Source: a virus
Virus record (IMG/VR): IMGVR_UViG_3300025133_009393
Direction: 5' to 3' (one strand)
Length of the DNA: 64,000 bases
Positions 1-12,100 of the stretch are shown in pieces; position 1 is the first letter of the stretch; every line of letters begins with the position of its first letter. A program made the position numbers and the translations under genes. The notes under the pieces were generated by a model that was given only the letters and a program-made list of their open reading frames with translations, made no database searches and was not told the origin of the DNA.

Positions 1-110
1 TCATCATAAAATGCGTAATAAGTCGGGCGCAGGTTGCCCTTTGACAACAAATATTTACCATATTGAGTCAATTCTAAATCAACAACATCTTCTTTTCGAT
101 CAAAAAACAT
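1..110 (-). CDS. 5' part of a phage structural-module protein running off the window edge (not in ORF track)
   Basis: ATG at 110 preceded by GGAGAGGA. Reads MFFDRKEDVVDLELTQYGKYLLSKGNLRPTYYAFYD and stays open to the window edge; directly downstream of the 4722-aa gene. Confidence 0.8.
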   Translation of the reverse strand, partial: MFFDRKEDVVDLELTQYGKYLLSKGNLRPTYYAFYD

Positions 111-177
111 TTCTTTCCTCTCCTACTAAATAGGGAATAATGTAAATTATTTAATTTATCTAAACTCGCTATCCATA

Positions 178-3100
178 CTATGAAGATTTTGTATAATCAT
201 ATTCCACTGTCAACTTGGCAACTTCTACCAGACTAAAGAAATCATAAGGCCAATTATAACTATATTTAGTATTCCATATGTTATCGGATATTGCTCCGCC
301 TGGTGGCGATATGCCTGGGGCTGCAGGATATTTAACCTGGCTCATGTACATATTAGCACGTTTCTTGACTTTGAAGACAAGCCACTTAAGACCAGGGTGG
401 GAGGGATCGGCAAAGATTTTCTTAAGAGTCCGTGTGTTTTTATTACGTCCATGGATATTATGTCCAAGGACCGTAATATCTAGAAGATCATCCAAACGCC
501 CAAAAAGCTCATATTGAGAGTTTGGTCCAGCGAGATCGGTACCTACTGAAGAAGCTTCTTTTTTCCCTCTCATTCCAGTATCCGGAAGGAGATTTTGCCA
601 GATATCTCCCAAGTCTTTACTATTTAGCTCTCTTTTAAACTCATGAATATACATAATGAATGGGTTCAGACCTGAGTGTTCATTGTTTCCAAATCTCCTG
701 CGCGTTATTTCATATTTCGCGTCCTCCGATGAGCCTATTCCTTTGTGATAAAAATCTAGTTCTGGGGGGATGATATATTTTGACACCATGTCCATGAGTG
801 CGGTAATACCAGTTTTTCCAATTGCCTGCTCCGGTTGATCTAAATTCAACTTCGTGTGCGCTGTCGGATCCGATGGGTGAATTTTCACCGCAGCGGCGCC
901 GGCATGGAAATTTTGCCACTGGGCAAAATATTCATCCGGATGGATTTTAATAAAGTTAATATCATCAATATTATATCTTGAAAATGGTCGGAACGTGACT
1001 TTTGGAATTTCTATTTCAAGGAACGGAATGGCAACAACGGCCTCTGATATCTCTTTCCCCGAAGCAATTTGACCAATATATTTTGATAACTCTTGAGGTT
1101 CGGTGTTATTATCTCTAAATCCAAGCGCATCTAAAAGTGAGCCGTTATGTGAGTCGTCCGTAAATGCGGCATCTGAAAGTGATAATTTTATGCCGCGCTT
1201 GGGGATAGAGACCTTAGTTCCATCCGGAAGGGTTGTTTTTTCCGCTTCGCCAACATTGCTAGTATTGCCATATCCCATCCAAATAGATCGGCCTGTGCGA
1301 TCACTAAAATATCCATCTTTGTTGTTTGAGCCAGGCACAAAGTCCGGACGGTGGCGATTTGATCCAACATAGCTGCTGCCAGAAAGATTTATAACCGGGC
1401 ACTCAAATTTTGTAGATATCTCCCATATATGGTCCACTTTATTAACTATTTGCGGCGGGAGAAGCGGGTCGGTCCCGCCGGGGCTGATGCGCTGGGGCGG
1501 GACTTCTACTTGAGTTATTACGGCCCTTTTCTTGAAAATGTCCAAAGAGGCCGTAAGTTTCATTCTATTTTCGTAGGCAAGGTGACCCCAGTAGCCGCTG
1601 GCGTGAGGGTAGGGCACGTCTCCGGCGGTGAGCGCTTCGTCGCGGCGCATTATATCTCTAGCGCGTACAGGTGTACCGTCCTCTCGGTAATAAAGTGGCC
1701 GGCCCAAATCATTAAACTCAGTTGTCAGTGGATTATTAATGATATTTGAATGAATCTCGTCGATTGTTGGGGTGGCGCCCATTTCATAGCCACCCTCTGT
1801 CGTGACCATTTTAGGCGTAGTGTGTGTATACGCTAGCCACTTATGTACCTTACCATAATAATATGGAGGCGTCCATGGGGCATATCCAGGATCTGCTTCG
1901 TGATATCGCAGATCATACATTTCTCCGCTAGAGCCAGTTGATTTAATATCACCAGCATTAGTGAGCAGTGGGCCAGTTGCAGTTGGCCCTCCAGTAAATT
2001 GTTGGCCATCGCGATGATCTTGATATGGCAGCGCTGGTCCGAAAATAGAGCCGCGTCGTGGTAGAGGCTGGAATTGCGTAGCGGTATCATTCATCGGAAC
2101 CAAAGGTTTGCGTGGACCCTCAGCCATGACAAATTCTCCGTTGACGCCGGCGTTGCCGGAGTTGGGGTGAGAATGTTCATCAAAAATTTCCAAGGTAACC
2201 TTCATGATATAAGTCTTACCCTCGATGAGATTCTTTATCTTGGATGAAGGAGCGGATTTAAAGTTGGTCAAACCTTTATTTTTTAAGAAGAAATTTGGAA
2301 TTTCGGATAAGAAATTATTCGCAGCCTTTTCATATAGCGGTCCTCGATGGCCGCCCCATGCTGCCCAAAAGCTGCCAGCCATTTTTTTACCTAGTTTAGC
2401 TTTGCCTTGATCGTCAGTACCACACTGAAACCATGCTGGCTCGGTATAATAAATTTTTGGTATCTCTGACAATTCTAGGCCGCGGCCATAGGTTTCAGTT
2501 GTTAAGCCCATGCTTGTTGCGAGGTCGCCGACTTGCTCAGATGAAGGTATCTTGCTTAGATCATAAATTGCCTCAAATGGCAATCTAAAGTTCGGCTTAA
2601 CCTGCATCATCACGCCATCTGTATAGTCCCTTAGAGCGACGACGGGCCCGCCTTCGGTGGTGGTGAATTCTGAGGGTGTCTGCGGCGTTGGATCGACGTC
2701 GGCTTGGTTAATATATACCGGGTAGTCAACAGCAATACCTGACTTAATAGTATTATACATGATGCCAGGAGCAAAAGTTGGCTGCAGCATGGCTTGCATT
2801 TTTCCGGCTCGGTGAACGTCCAATAACGCCTTTTTCCATCCAATTGATCCTTCATGGCCGGCATCTGCAAGATCAAACAATTTAGTTGAGAAATGAGCGC
2901 CGTCTTTGACCTTGAGCGCGATAGAGCTGGCGCCTGGGTCGATGGTGGGATATTCGGGATCTGCGCCCCAATATGGATCGCTTTCGATGTCGATGAGTTG
3001 GCCTTCAGCAGCCATCCCTGTTCTTAGTTGATAGGTGGGATGCTGACTGGCAGTTATAAATTCGGCGCCGGGTTCGGTGTAGTTGTCTGTAAAGCTGAAT

Positions 3101-6100
3101 CTTATGTCGTCTCCTAGAGGATTGTCATCAACAGCGTTATCGCCGTCATTCCACAGCTGTTTAATAGAATTGTAACCCAGATAAGTTCTTTTATTGATTT
3201 TATAAGTATCGGTGCTGGAACTTAAATATGGACCAATAGATTGTGAAAATAATGTAGCCAATTGTAACGTTCTTGTTACAGGATAAAAGCCATAATAAGG
3301 CATAAGCTTTGTAACAGCATCAAACCGAAGTTTTATTCTGCGAGGTATCTCAAAATCTTCTGCCATTTTATTACGATATCGTACAGAATCTGATATGCAA
3401 TAACGCCTCAAGAAATCTCTGTCCATAGTACCATTCATACCGCCCGGGTTGGCAATATCAGCACCTATACTTTCCAAGACGTCGGCCAAAGCAAGATCAT
3501 GTGAAGCAAATGGCTCATATCCTAAACTAGATGAAAGTTTGGCGCCCTTAAGAGTCAAGAATCCTGGATTGGGTCGTGTCCAATCAAAATTATACTGTGC
3601 ATATTCATCCATGTTTTCCGACATATTAAATTCGGCCAACACTCCGTAATCTTGTCCCAATGATCTTACATCATCAATATAGCTTTCGTATGAATCATAC
3701 CAAGGATTCTTGCCGGCAAGCTTGTTAGTTCTATAGTATGGAGCAGTCTTAACATATCCCAAAGCACCGGAAAAGTCTAATATATTCGTCTGTACTTCGG
3801 TGGGGCCTCCGTGGTGGCTGATCTTATATTTACCGCCGACGACGGTGCGGCCATGCAAAGTTTCGGCACTTCCACTTTCTTTTCCGGCTGGCCCACCAGA
3901 AAATGAAGCCGACAGGCCAATAACATTAAAGTTGTTATAAGGATCTCTAAAGAAACAAGGGGAGGCATAAGGTCGACGATATCCACCTCTAAACATCGTG
4001 CTAAAAGTTGGAGGCGATTGCCACACCGGCGCGTCGATGTCTTCATTGTTGACCAAAGCCTCGCGGTGAAGCTCATAATCTGAGCCGCCCATGGCAGTAT
4101 ATTCGTAGCCCGCGTTGATGGCGTCGCCCGGGCTTGAAGGCTGCGTATTTTGATTCGCAGCTGTCTTGTCAACAAACGGGTAGAAGAAAGATGCGGTACC
4201 ACATGCCCAATAAGCCGAAGCCCACGAAGTAAGGAAGTTCATTGACGGATCTTCTGCCAGCTCCCCCTTCATACCAAATGTGCCAGATACAAAATGATCT
4301 CCGAAGGTCGATCCGGATATTAAATTATAAGTACCGCGAAATACGGTCGAAGAGCCGGCGGCGTCGAGAGTTTCAGCAGTCGACATAGACTCGCGGCCTA
4401 GGCACTTCCGGAAGTCGTCCGTCTTACCCCATCTTTGTTTATAAGTTGGACCATACATTCCACCTTCATAAAGAGAATTAGGATGATAACTATGCACTTC
4501 CATTACGCCGCCATATTTGCCCTCGTCTAGCGGCCAAGCAGAAAGCGGCATATCTTGGAATGTAGAGCCAATGCAGGGATTGCAGAATGGTAAAACAGTC
4601 CCGCCAAAGTTCATATTCTCACTGGCAGAAACAACAGTGCAAGCCTTGCCACTCAGGGCTGTGGTGCCTAGGCCGAGGCCGGCAGCGACGGAAACCGCAT
4701 CACAGAAGGGCATTGGATCTGTTGGACCATAATCCATAAAATATGTTCCATCGTCCAGTTTGGGGCCTCCAAACCGACTCAAAAGCCAGCCTTGTGAATT
4801 ATATGCATAGCCTTCGTTTCTTTTTCTATCTGGAAAAGCTAAAGTATGTCTTCCTTTCCAGAAAGTATTATGGGAAATCTTATCAATTCCTTTCGGGCCA
4901 TGGCCTTGAATTTCTGCGTATTCTACTCTCTTTCTTGTCTCATTCAAATACGTATTAGAGCCCCGGGGCCAAACTGATTCAGTATAGCGATAAGGGGCGC
5001 CGACCAATTCGCTATCTATAACTGTTTGGTGTATATCATTGTCACTGCTTGCATGAAAATCAGAAACTTCATATATTTTCAGTCTTTCATTTAGCGCTTG
5101 ATTGCTGAATTTGATCATATTGTTTGCGTACGTATAAACAAAACGAGTATCGAGGCCGGTGCGTTGCCGTGCAGTGGCCGTCATTGGCTTAAACTTCGAA
5201 GTAACTGCAGGCTCTTTATATCTGCGGATTATTAGTCCGGAAGATAAAACTTTGCGGTGAGGATGTATAAGCGCGTACGCGCGGTAGATACTGCCCGGGC
5301 CAGACGGGTTAGCTCCCCACTCATAAGGTGTTTTATCTCCGAAAACGCCTTCTTCTCCAGTGATTGTGATAATACTGTTTTTACGTTGATGCCTGGCAAT
5401 TGGATGCTCTCCAGTTCTGATCTGCTTCCAAGAAGGATAGTGATAAGGTCCGTTTCTATGGAGAAGAATCCCGTTTAACACCTCAGCATTTCCAGCAATG
5501 CCGCCGGCGAGGGCGCCCATATGAGAGCCAATAGATGGCAATGTCGTCAATCCAGTTTTAAAATATTCAAAGAATTTAGAGCCGGTCGGAAGATAGCCTA
5601 AAGTATTCGAGCCTGTATCAAAAGACTCATGAATATTAGTATTCATTCCTACCATATCATTTGGCATAAAACCGGGAGAGGTAACATACGCACGAGATAC
5701 ACCATATTTCCAGTTTTCAACAAAATATTCGACATTAAAGCCGTCGAGGGCCCCCGGGGGTTGATTAATAACATAGAACGCCGACACTTTGTCGCGGTGA
5801 CTGCCCATATCAGAACTACTGACAAATCTAAATTGATGTGATGCAGTGGCATATCCCCATGGAGCAGTCGGATTTTGACTATTGTACGCCTCTGAAGAGC
5901 TGGCATACAAGTGACTAAATGGCTCTTGTTTCTGGTCTAGAGATCTCCAAATCCAATTATATTGAACGTCGCTTTGTGGAATTGGGCGCTGGACAAGCCA
6001 ATTGTCATGAACTGATTTAAGTATCGTATCGTTTCCTTGCCAATTAATATCGACTGAGTAATCCAAATAATTTGGCGTGCCGTCGACGAAATAGTCTATA

Positions 6101-9100
6101 CTAGAATCGCCTAGTATAACAGCGTCATGACTACCTTTCTGATCTTCAATTATTCCCTCGCCAGTAGCAACAGGACCTCCTGTAAAATCAACAGCAGTAA
6201 TATGATCGCCAACAGTTGTAATACTTTTATTTCCAGTAGAGCCGCCCACTTCTTGTGTGAGGGTAATTGTTTGATTCGAACCATCGGCTGCGCTTGAGCC
6301 TGGTGATATTGCTCCGAATGCAATTGCTGGATTGTCAGCTGCGAGGGCGATGGAGACAGTAGCGCTGTCTGCGACGAGGACTGTCTCGACGGCGATTGAG
6401 TATGGGTTACTCAAATCTTTTGTAGCTATTGTTAAAACTGGAGGGCTGACGTCAGTATTAAGAACATTATTTCCGAGAGATTGTGTTGAGTCAAATGCAA
6501 TCTTGAGCGAGTTTCCTGAAGCGTCTGTAAGAGTGATCGTTTGGCTGTCGAGGACCGATTGTGGAAGTATTCCAGTAGCACCGTCACTAAAAGACCATGG
6601 ATAAGACTGGCTGGATTCCTTACCCCAGCTTTGATTTGTGATATCGACACCCAAGAAAGATATAGTTTTATTTCCTGCGGCGCCTTCTGCATCTTGAGTT
6701 AATGTAATCGGAGACACAATGGTCACCAAGCCCGTAGCTGCATTGTTTAGGGTGTTTGTGGTTGGCTCGGTTGCAGTAATTTTCCAGCCATTTTGTTTTG
6801 CCAAAACAAACGCTTCATATATCCTATTTGATATAGCTGCTTTTGTAGCAGGATTGTCTCCAACTTTTATAGTTATAGTTTTTGGAGGGCCTGCAGCATA
6901 TGTCAGGGCGCCGTCGTTGCCGCCGCTAAACGTTGGAGGGCTAGCGCCCCAATTCCAGCCGCCGGATTTCTTTAATACACTTGACAAAGCTTCGTTGTGA
7001 AGGCCGATAGTGCCATTTCCAGCTTCACCTGATACATCCTGTACTAAATTTACACTCCATGGATTATCTGTAGCAGAGGTACCTCCTACAGCTGAATAAG
7101 AGCCGGCTGTAACCTTTAAAACGCCGGCGGCTTTAGCTTGAGTAACTGCATTAGAAATCGTGGCAGCAATAAGTTTAGGGGTGATCAGGCCGTCGTCTAT
7201 TTGTTGAAATGTACCCATTCCCATGCTAACTTCTGCTTTATAGCCCGTAGTAACATCCGCGGTTATCACAGTGGTATTATTAAAAGTCAACTCGTCTGTA
7301 CTAACAACAAGATCCTTTACAAAGTAAAATAATACTCGATTACCTTCTGTGTCTTTTATCCAAAATTTTTCAAATTGAGGAGTATTGGCGAGGAGCAGAG
7401 CGTTAAAATTACCGCCGGCGCTGGTCACTGCAGGAATTAAAAGAGTAGAATTTGTTGATGCAGCGGATGGCGCGGCGCTGGTGTGAGAAAACAAGAATTT
7501 TGCGGGGGTACCTTCATAATCTTCTAACTGAAAATATTCTCCATCCAAGGCAGACCAAAAATCAGACAGTGGTTCCGTTGGCTCAGGAACAAAGAAATCT
7601 TTACTAGCAGCGTTGCCAATAACTTCGGTCGGCCAAGAATCACCGCTGATAGTAACACTGCCTTCGGCATAAGTAGAATTTACGTAATCGGTATAATCTG
7701 ATCCACACTTATCATTTACATCGCCCATTGCCCACCAAGCAACCAAGTTGGAGACACTTGAATGCTCATTTAAGTTGGTTGATTTGCCACCATTATAGAT
7801 CTCTGTTACTTTATCCGCAGCAAGAGTAGCATCCCACAAACTTACCTCGTCTATGGTGGCATCACAACTATCCGTGACAGCTGCGCGGGCTCCGATGGTA
7901 AATTTATTGCTAGTGTTGGACATGCCGGTATATCCGGGACTTCCGGAGGTTCCAAAATCAGTAGTACCATTAGATGTTTTAAGCTCGCCATTTACATATA
8001 TAGACATGTTGGTTTTGCCGGCTGCGCTAGCGCCATTATATGTACATACTACGTTGTCCCACACATCATGCTTTCCGTTAAATCCGCTAGAGATATCATA
8101 GAAAAGTTTGTGGCCGGTCGCATTTGCATCGGCGGCGCATGTTCCGTCTAAACAAGTGCCAGGTTCTGCGCTTCCAAGCTGAAATACCAAGAACCTGTCA
8201 TCTTTGTCTGCAGAGACTGCAGTGCCCTCAGAACCAGTGGTATACAGGTATACCGCATATTCTCCGCTCTTGCCGGCTAGCCATTCTTTAGTATTTGTAG
8301 CTGTTACATCTTTTCTCTTAATCCACATGCTTAAGCTGAATGAGTCATCTTGTCCGGGGGTGCCGTTGTTAAAACTTAAATCATCATGATCTTCAGCCTC
8401 AACAATAACACTATTATCTGTCTGCGATCCAAAGTCAAAGCCTTTGCTGCCTGGAACGGTTACATAATTTGGACCGGCAGGAGCTGGTCTGTAAGAAGTA
8501 TTCCTGTGTATCTTGTGATACGACGCAGTTAGGAATACATCAACATCTCCATATAATTTTAAACCGTCGCCGTTGGGCGCGCCAACAGATTTTTGTTCTG
8601 CACCATCACGTAAGCCAAATTTCTCGCTATGTCTAACCAGAAGACTAGAGGTGCCAATATTTGCCAAGAATCTTCTTGTGCCCCAATTTCTCCAAGGAAG
8701 AGCATTGTAAACTGAGAAAGTTTCTGATGCGCGATCTAAAAAGCCTCTAGATAAGGTTGCAACGTCGCCTGGAGCAGAGAATCTTTCAGCAATAACAGTT
8801 TTATTTCTGGTACCATCAGCTAGCTTTCCGCGATCAACTAATTTATAGTCTTGCAAGCCGTACACAGCATCGAGATTGGATAAAGAATCTTCGACGCCTC
8901 CGGCGCCTTTTGATCCAGAACGGAACCACATATTATTAACATTGCGCCCAGAAGTTTGTACAACTTGATAATTGTGTTCATAATTACCAATAATCGTTGG
9001 TAGTTTTTGATGTCCCTTTTGTTCTTCTATTAATGTCTCCCCGCGGAAACGCCCAACTGCTCCGCCGGCCGGTGCAGAAGCTGTATGTTTGATATTCCTA

Positions 9101-12100
9101 ATGTTTACAGGCCTTTTTGCATATTCGTCGCGGTAATAAGGAGCGCGGGGACGATGCAAGTCAAATCTCAGAGAACTGTCTGTATCCTGCTTTGTTACCT
9201 TTTTGTAATTAATATCATACAAAGTCATTCTAGCGCTGTCTAATAAGTCTACGGGCAAAGATATATCGTCAATTGCTGCAAATCCGTTGCCACCAAAGCT
9301 TGTATGACCATGATTAACAATTCTAATAAAGAATTTAGTACCGATAAGCGACGACAAATCAATTTTTGCCAACTTCCACAAGCCTCCAAACTTGCCAGTA
9401 AGATGATGACCTTGGTCCCCTGTTATTGAAGTCGCATCAGTGCCATCCCAATTAACTGTAAAATCTGTAAATGTAGATGTAATTTCCTTTCCGCTGGCAT
9501 ACTGCACTCTTAACGTACCCGGGTTGGTGCCTCGTAGCTGATAATAAAATTTAAATTCCGGAGGGGCTGATATCGGATCGACATCACTTAAATCAATTTG
9601 CGGGGTAAAGAAACTAAATTCTCTGACTTTGGAAAATTCGTATTGGCCGCCGTTTATAAGATCATCGGCTGGCGATAATGGATTGCCTGTTTTTTTCGCG
9701 AAATTCAAAGCGGCGCCTTTGCTAATGGGGGTGAGAAGCATTCTATCGCCAGAACGTGGAAGGAGGAGTTTACCATACGACTTGGCGATGGCGCCCATTC
9801 CGGTACCTGTGTGGAGGCCAAAACCAAATGAAGGTACCTTGTCACCGATATCAATATATTTTAAAGCAGAGTCCGTTTGAGGGCGATTGTCAAAACCCAG
9901 ATCTCCTAAAGTATTATTTGCTTGATTAAACTGTGTTGAATTTTCCCATTGATCAAAGTTATCATTTATAAGATATTCGCCTTGTTTTCCTCCTACCGGA
10001 GCCTGTAGATACCAAGCTTCTGGGCGGGTTGCCTCAGTATCACTTCCTCTAATTGAAGAAGAATAATTTATATCAATGTGCCTGTGCTGCTGCCCACCAA
10101 CATATTTTTCAGTAAACGGACCTTGCATTGGTATCTCATTTCCAATAATATACTTATCTTCATGCAAATTTGTTACTGTAATTCTAGAGGCGCTTACAAA
10201 GGTGGCATAAGAAGGCTTGTCTATTGAAGCAGAATAAATTGAGAATGGAGCTATCAAGCCAGGCTTCATGTTGCCATAGATATTATAGCTCGAAGATTCA
10301 ATAGGTACTCCATTCGAATAAACCTGTGCCTTTCCTAATATTTTGCTCTTAATGCTTAATGATCTGTTCTCATCACACACGGGAGGCTGGGTTGTATTTT
10401 TTTCAAAAGTGATATATGAAAGTGGATCGGCCCACCTGATTGCATGCCGATGATAGCCATGAAGCTTATTCATACCTTCGTTTGATCCGCCGTCTAAATG
10501 TTTTGATTTTTCAATATCAAATTTGTATGGACGCGAAAGTCTTCTCAAGGCGTATGTTGAACCTTTGTACGTGGTTCCATCAGAACCTTTGCGACGAGGG
10601 CCGGATGCACTATTTTCAGTTGTGACAATATAATTTATAGTATTGCGCTGAGAGTCTAGAGTAGCATCTCCCGACGATAAGGCAGACAAATCTCGGTCAG
10701 CGCGTTCGTTCCACCACAGGCAGTTTTTATTCTGTTCTGTATGTGAACTTTTACTTGGATCGTCAGAAGCCGATGCGTGGCCGAACTTCCAGTTATATAA
10801 CAACTCATTAATTCCCATTATCTTGGCTTCTGGGGGAGGCTGATTCATCTCTAGCGTTGGAAACTTATTCCAATACTTGTTTCTTTCAAGAACATGGCTC
10901 TCGATCATATTACGCATACTATCACTAGCATTTGCAGAAGCCGGCAATAGACCCTGAATCATGCGTATTATTGCAGAATCAAACCACTTGTAATAGCTTA
11001 AGTATTTTTCTATATCCGGAGTATTCTGAACTCTCTCAAAGAAAAGTTGGCGGAGCTTGCCCATTTCTTTATAATCTTGTCGATATTTATTTATCGGATC
11101 GCCTATAACATTATTGAAATACTCTACAGTATCGAAGAAACTAATCATTTCTTCAGAGATTGTTTGATACATACTTTTCTCTAAAGCAATATAATATTGT
11201 ATAGGCTTGGTCTCTCTGGTAAAAACATCGTCGTCCTGTTCGACAATATTGATCATATCATCAGAATTTATAAGCTCCGGTAATTGTTTTTTACCTGCAG
11301 CGACGTAGAATTTATCAACTATCTTATTGCTACTAGTTGCAAAGAATTGCCCCTTAGCATCGTGATATTTATCTACGATATCAGCAAATAAGCTTGGATA
11401 TCTAGACAAATAATTACTTGAACCCGATGAGAAATCAGACACATAGAATGTTCCATCGGCGGCCGATGAAGATACGTTTTCAAAATCCCAATTTAATATT
11501 AATGTCTCGATAGGCCGGATGTGGGCGCCCGAAAGTTGATGCTGGCTAAAATATGAATTACCGTAATCATGAGATCTACCAAAATTCTTTGGATCCAAAG
11601 CGTGTGCTTTGACAGAAGCGGTAGGAAGATAGTCGAGCCAAGCTCTCACTGAGCCTATTTTTACGTCTGAGAGTGTTACTACGCTGCCAGTAAAGTCTGT
11701 GCGATGCGCACCAGCATATATTCTCTTTGGAGCAGATACAAATTTTCTTCCGCCGTCATATGAAAGGCTCTTTGTTACGTGAAATTCATTAACAATATGG
11801 CCTAATTCTCTATTAACTCCATAGAATTCTAATTTGTAACCAGTAGAGGCGTCAATAGAGCCGGATGAGCCAGAAACTAAATCAATATATTTTTTCTCAG
11901 GGCTTACCGAAACTGCAAAATTCCACTTCGAGTTATCGTAAACTTCTGGATAATATTCGGAACTAAGTGTGATTGAACCACTAAGATTTACAGCGAAGCG
12001 TGCGTCGGTATCATTAACGGTACTTTGTACCGAATATACCTTAAAATGAGCGTGATCGTTGCTAGCGTCGGCGCCATTCATCCATTTAATTGTGCTAGCG

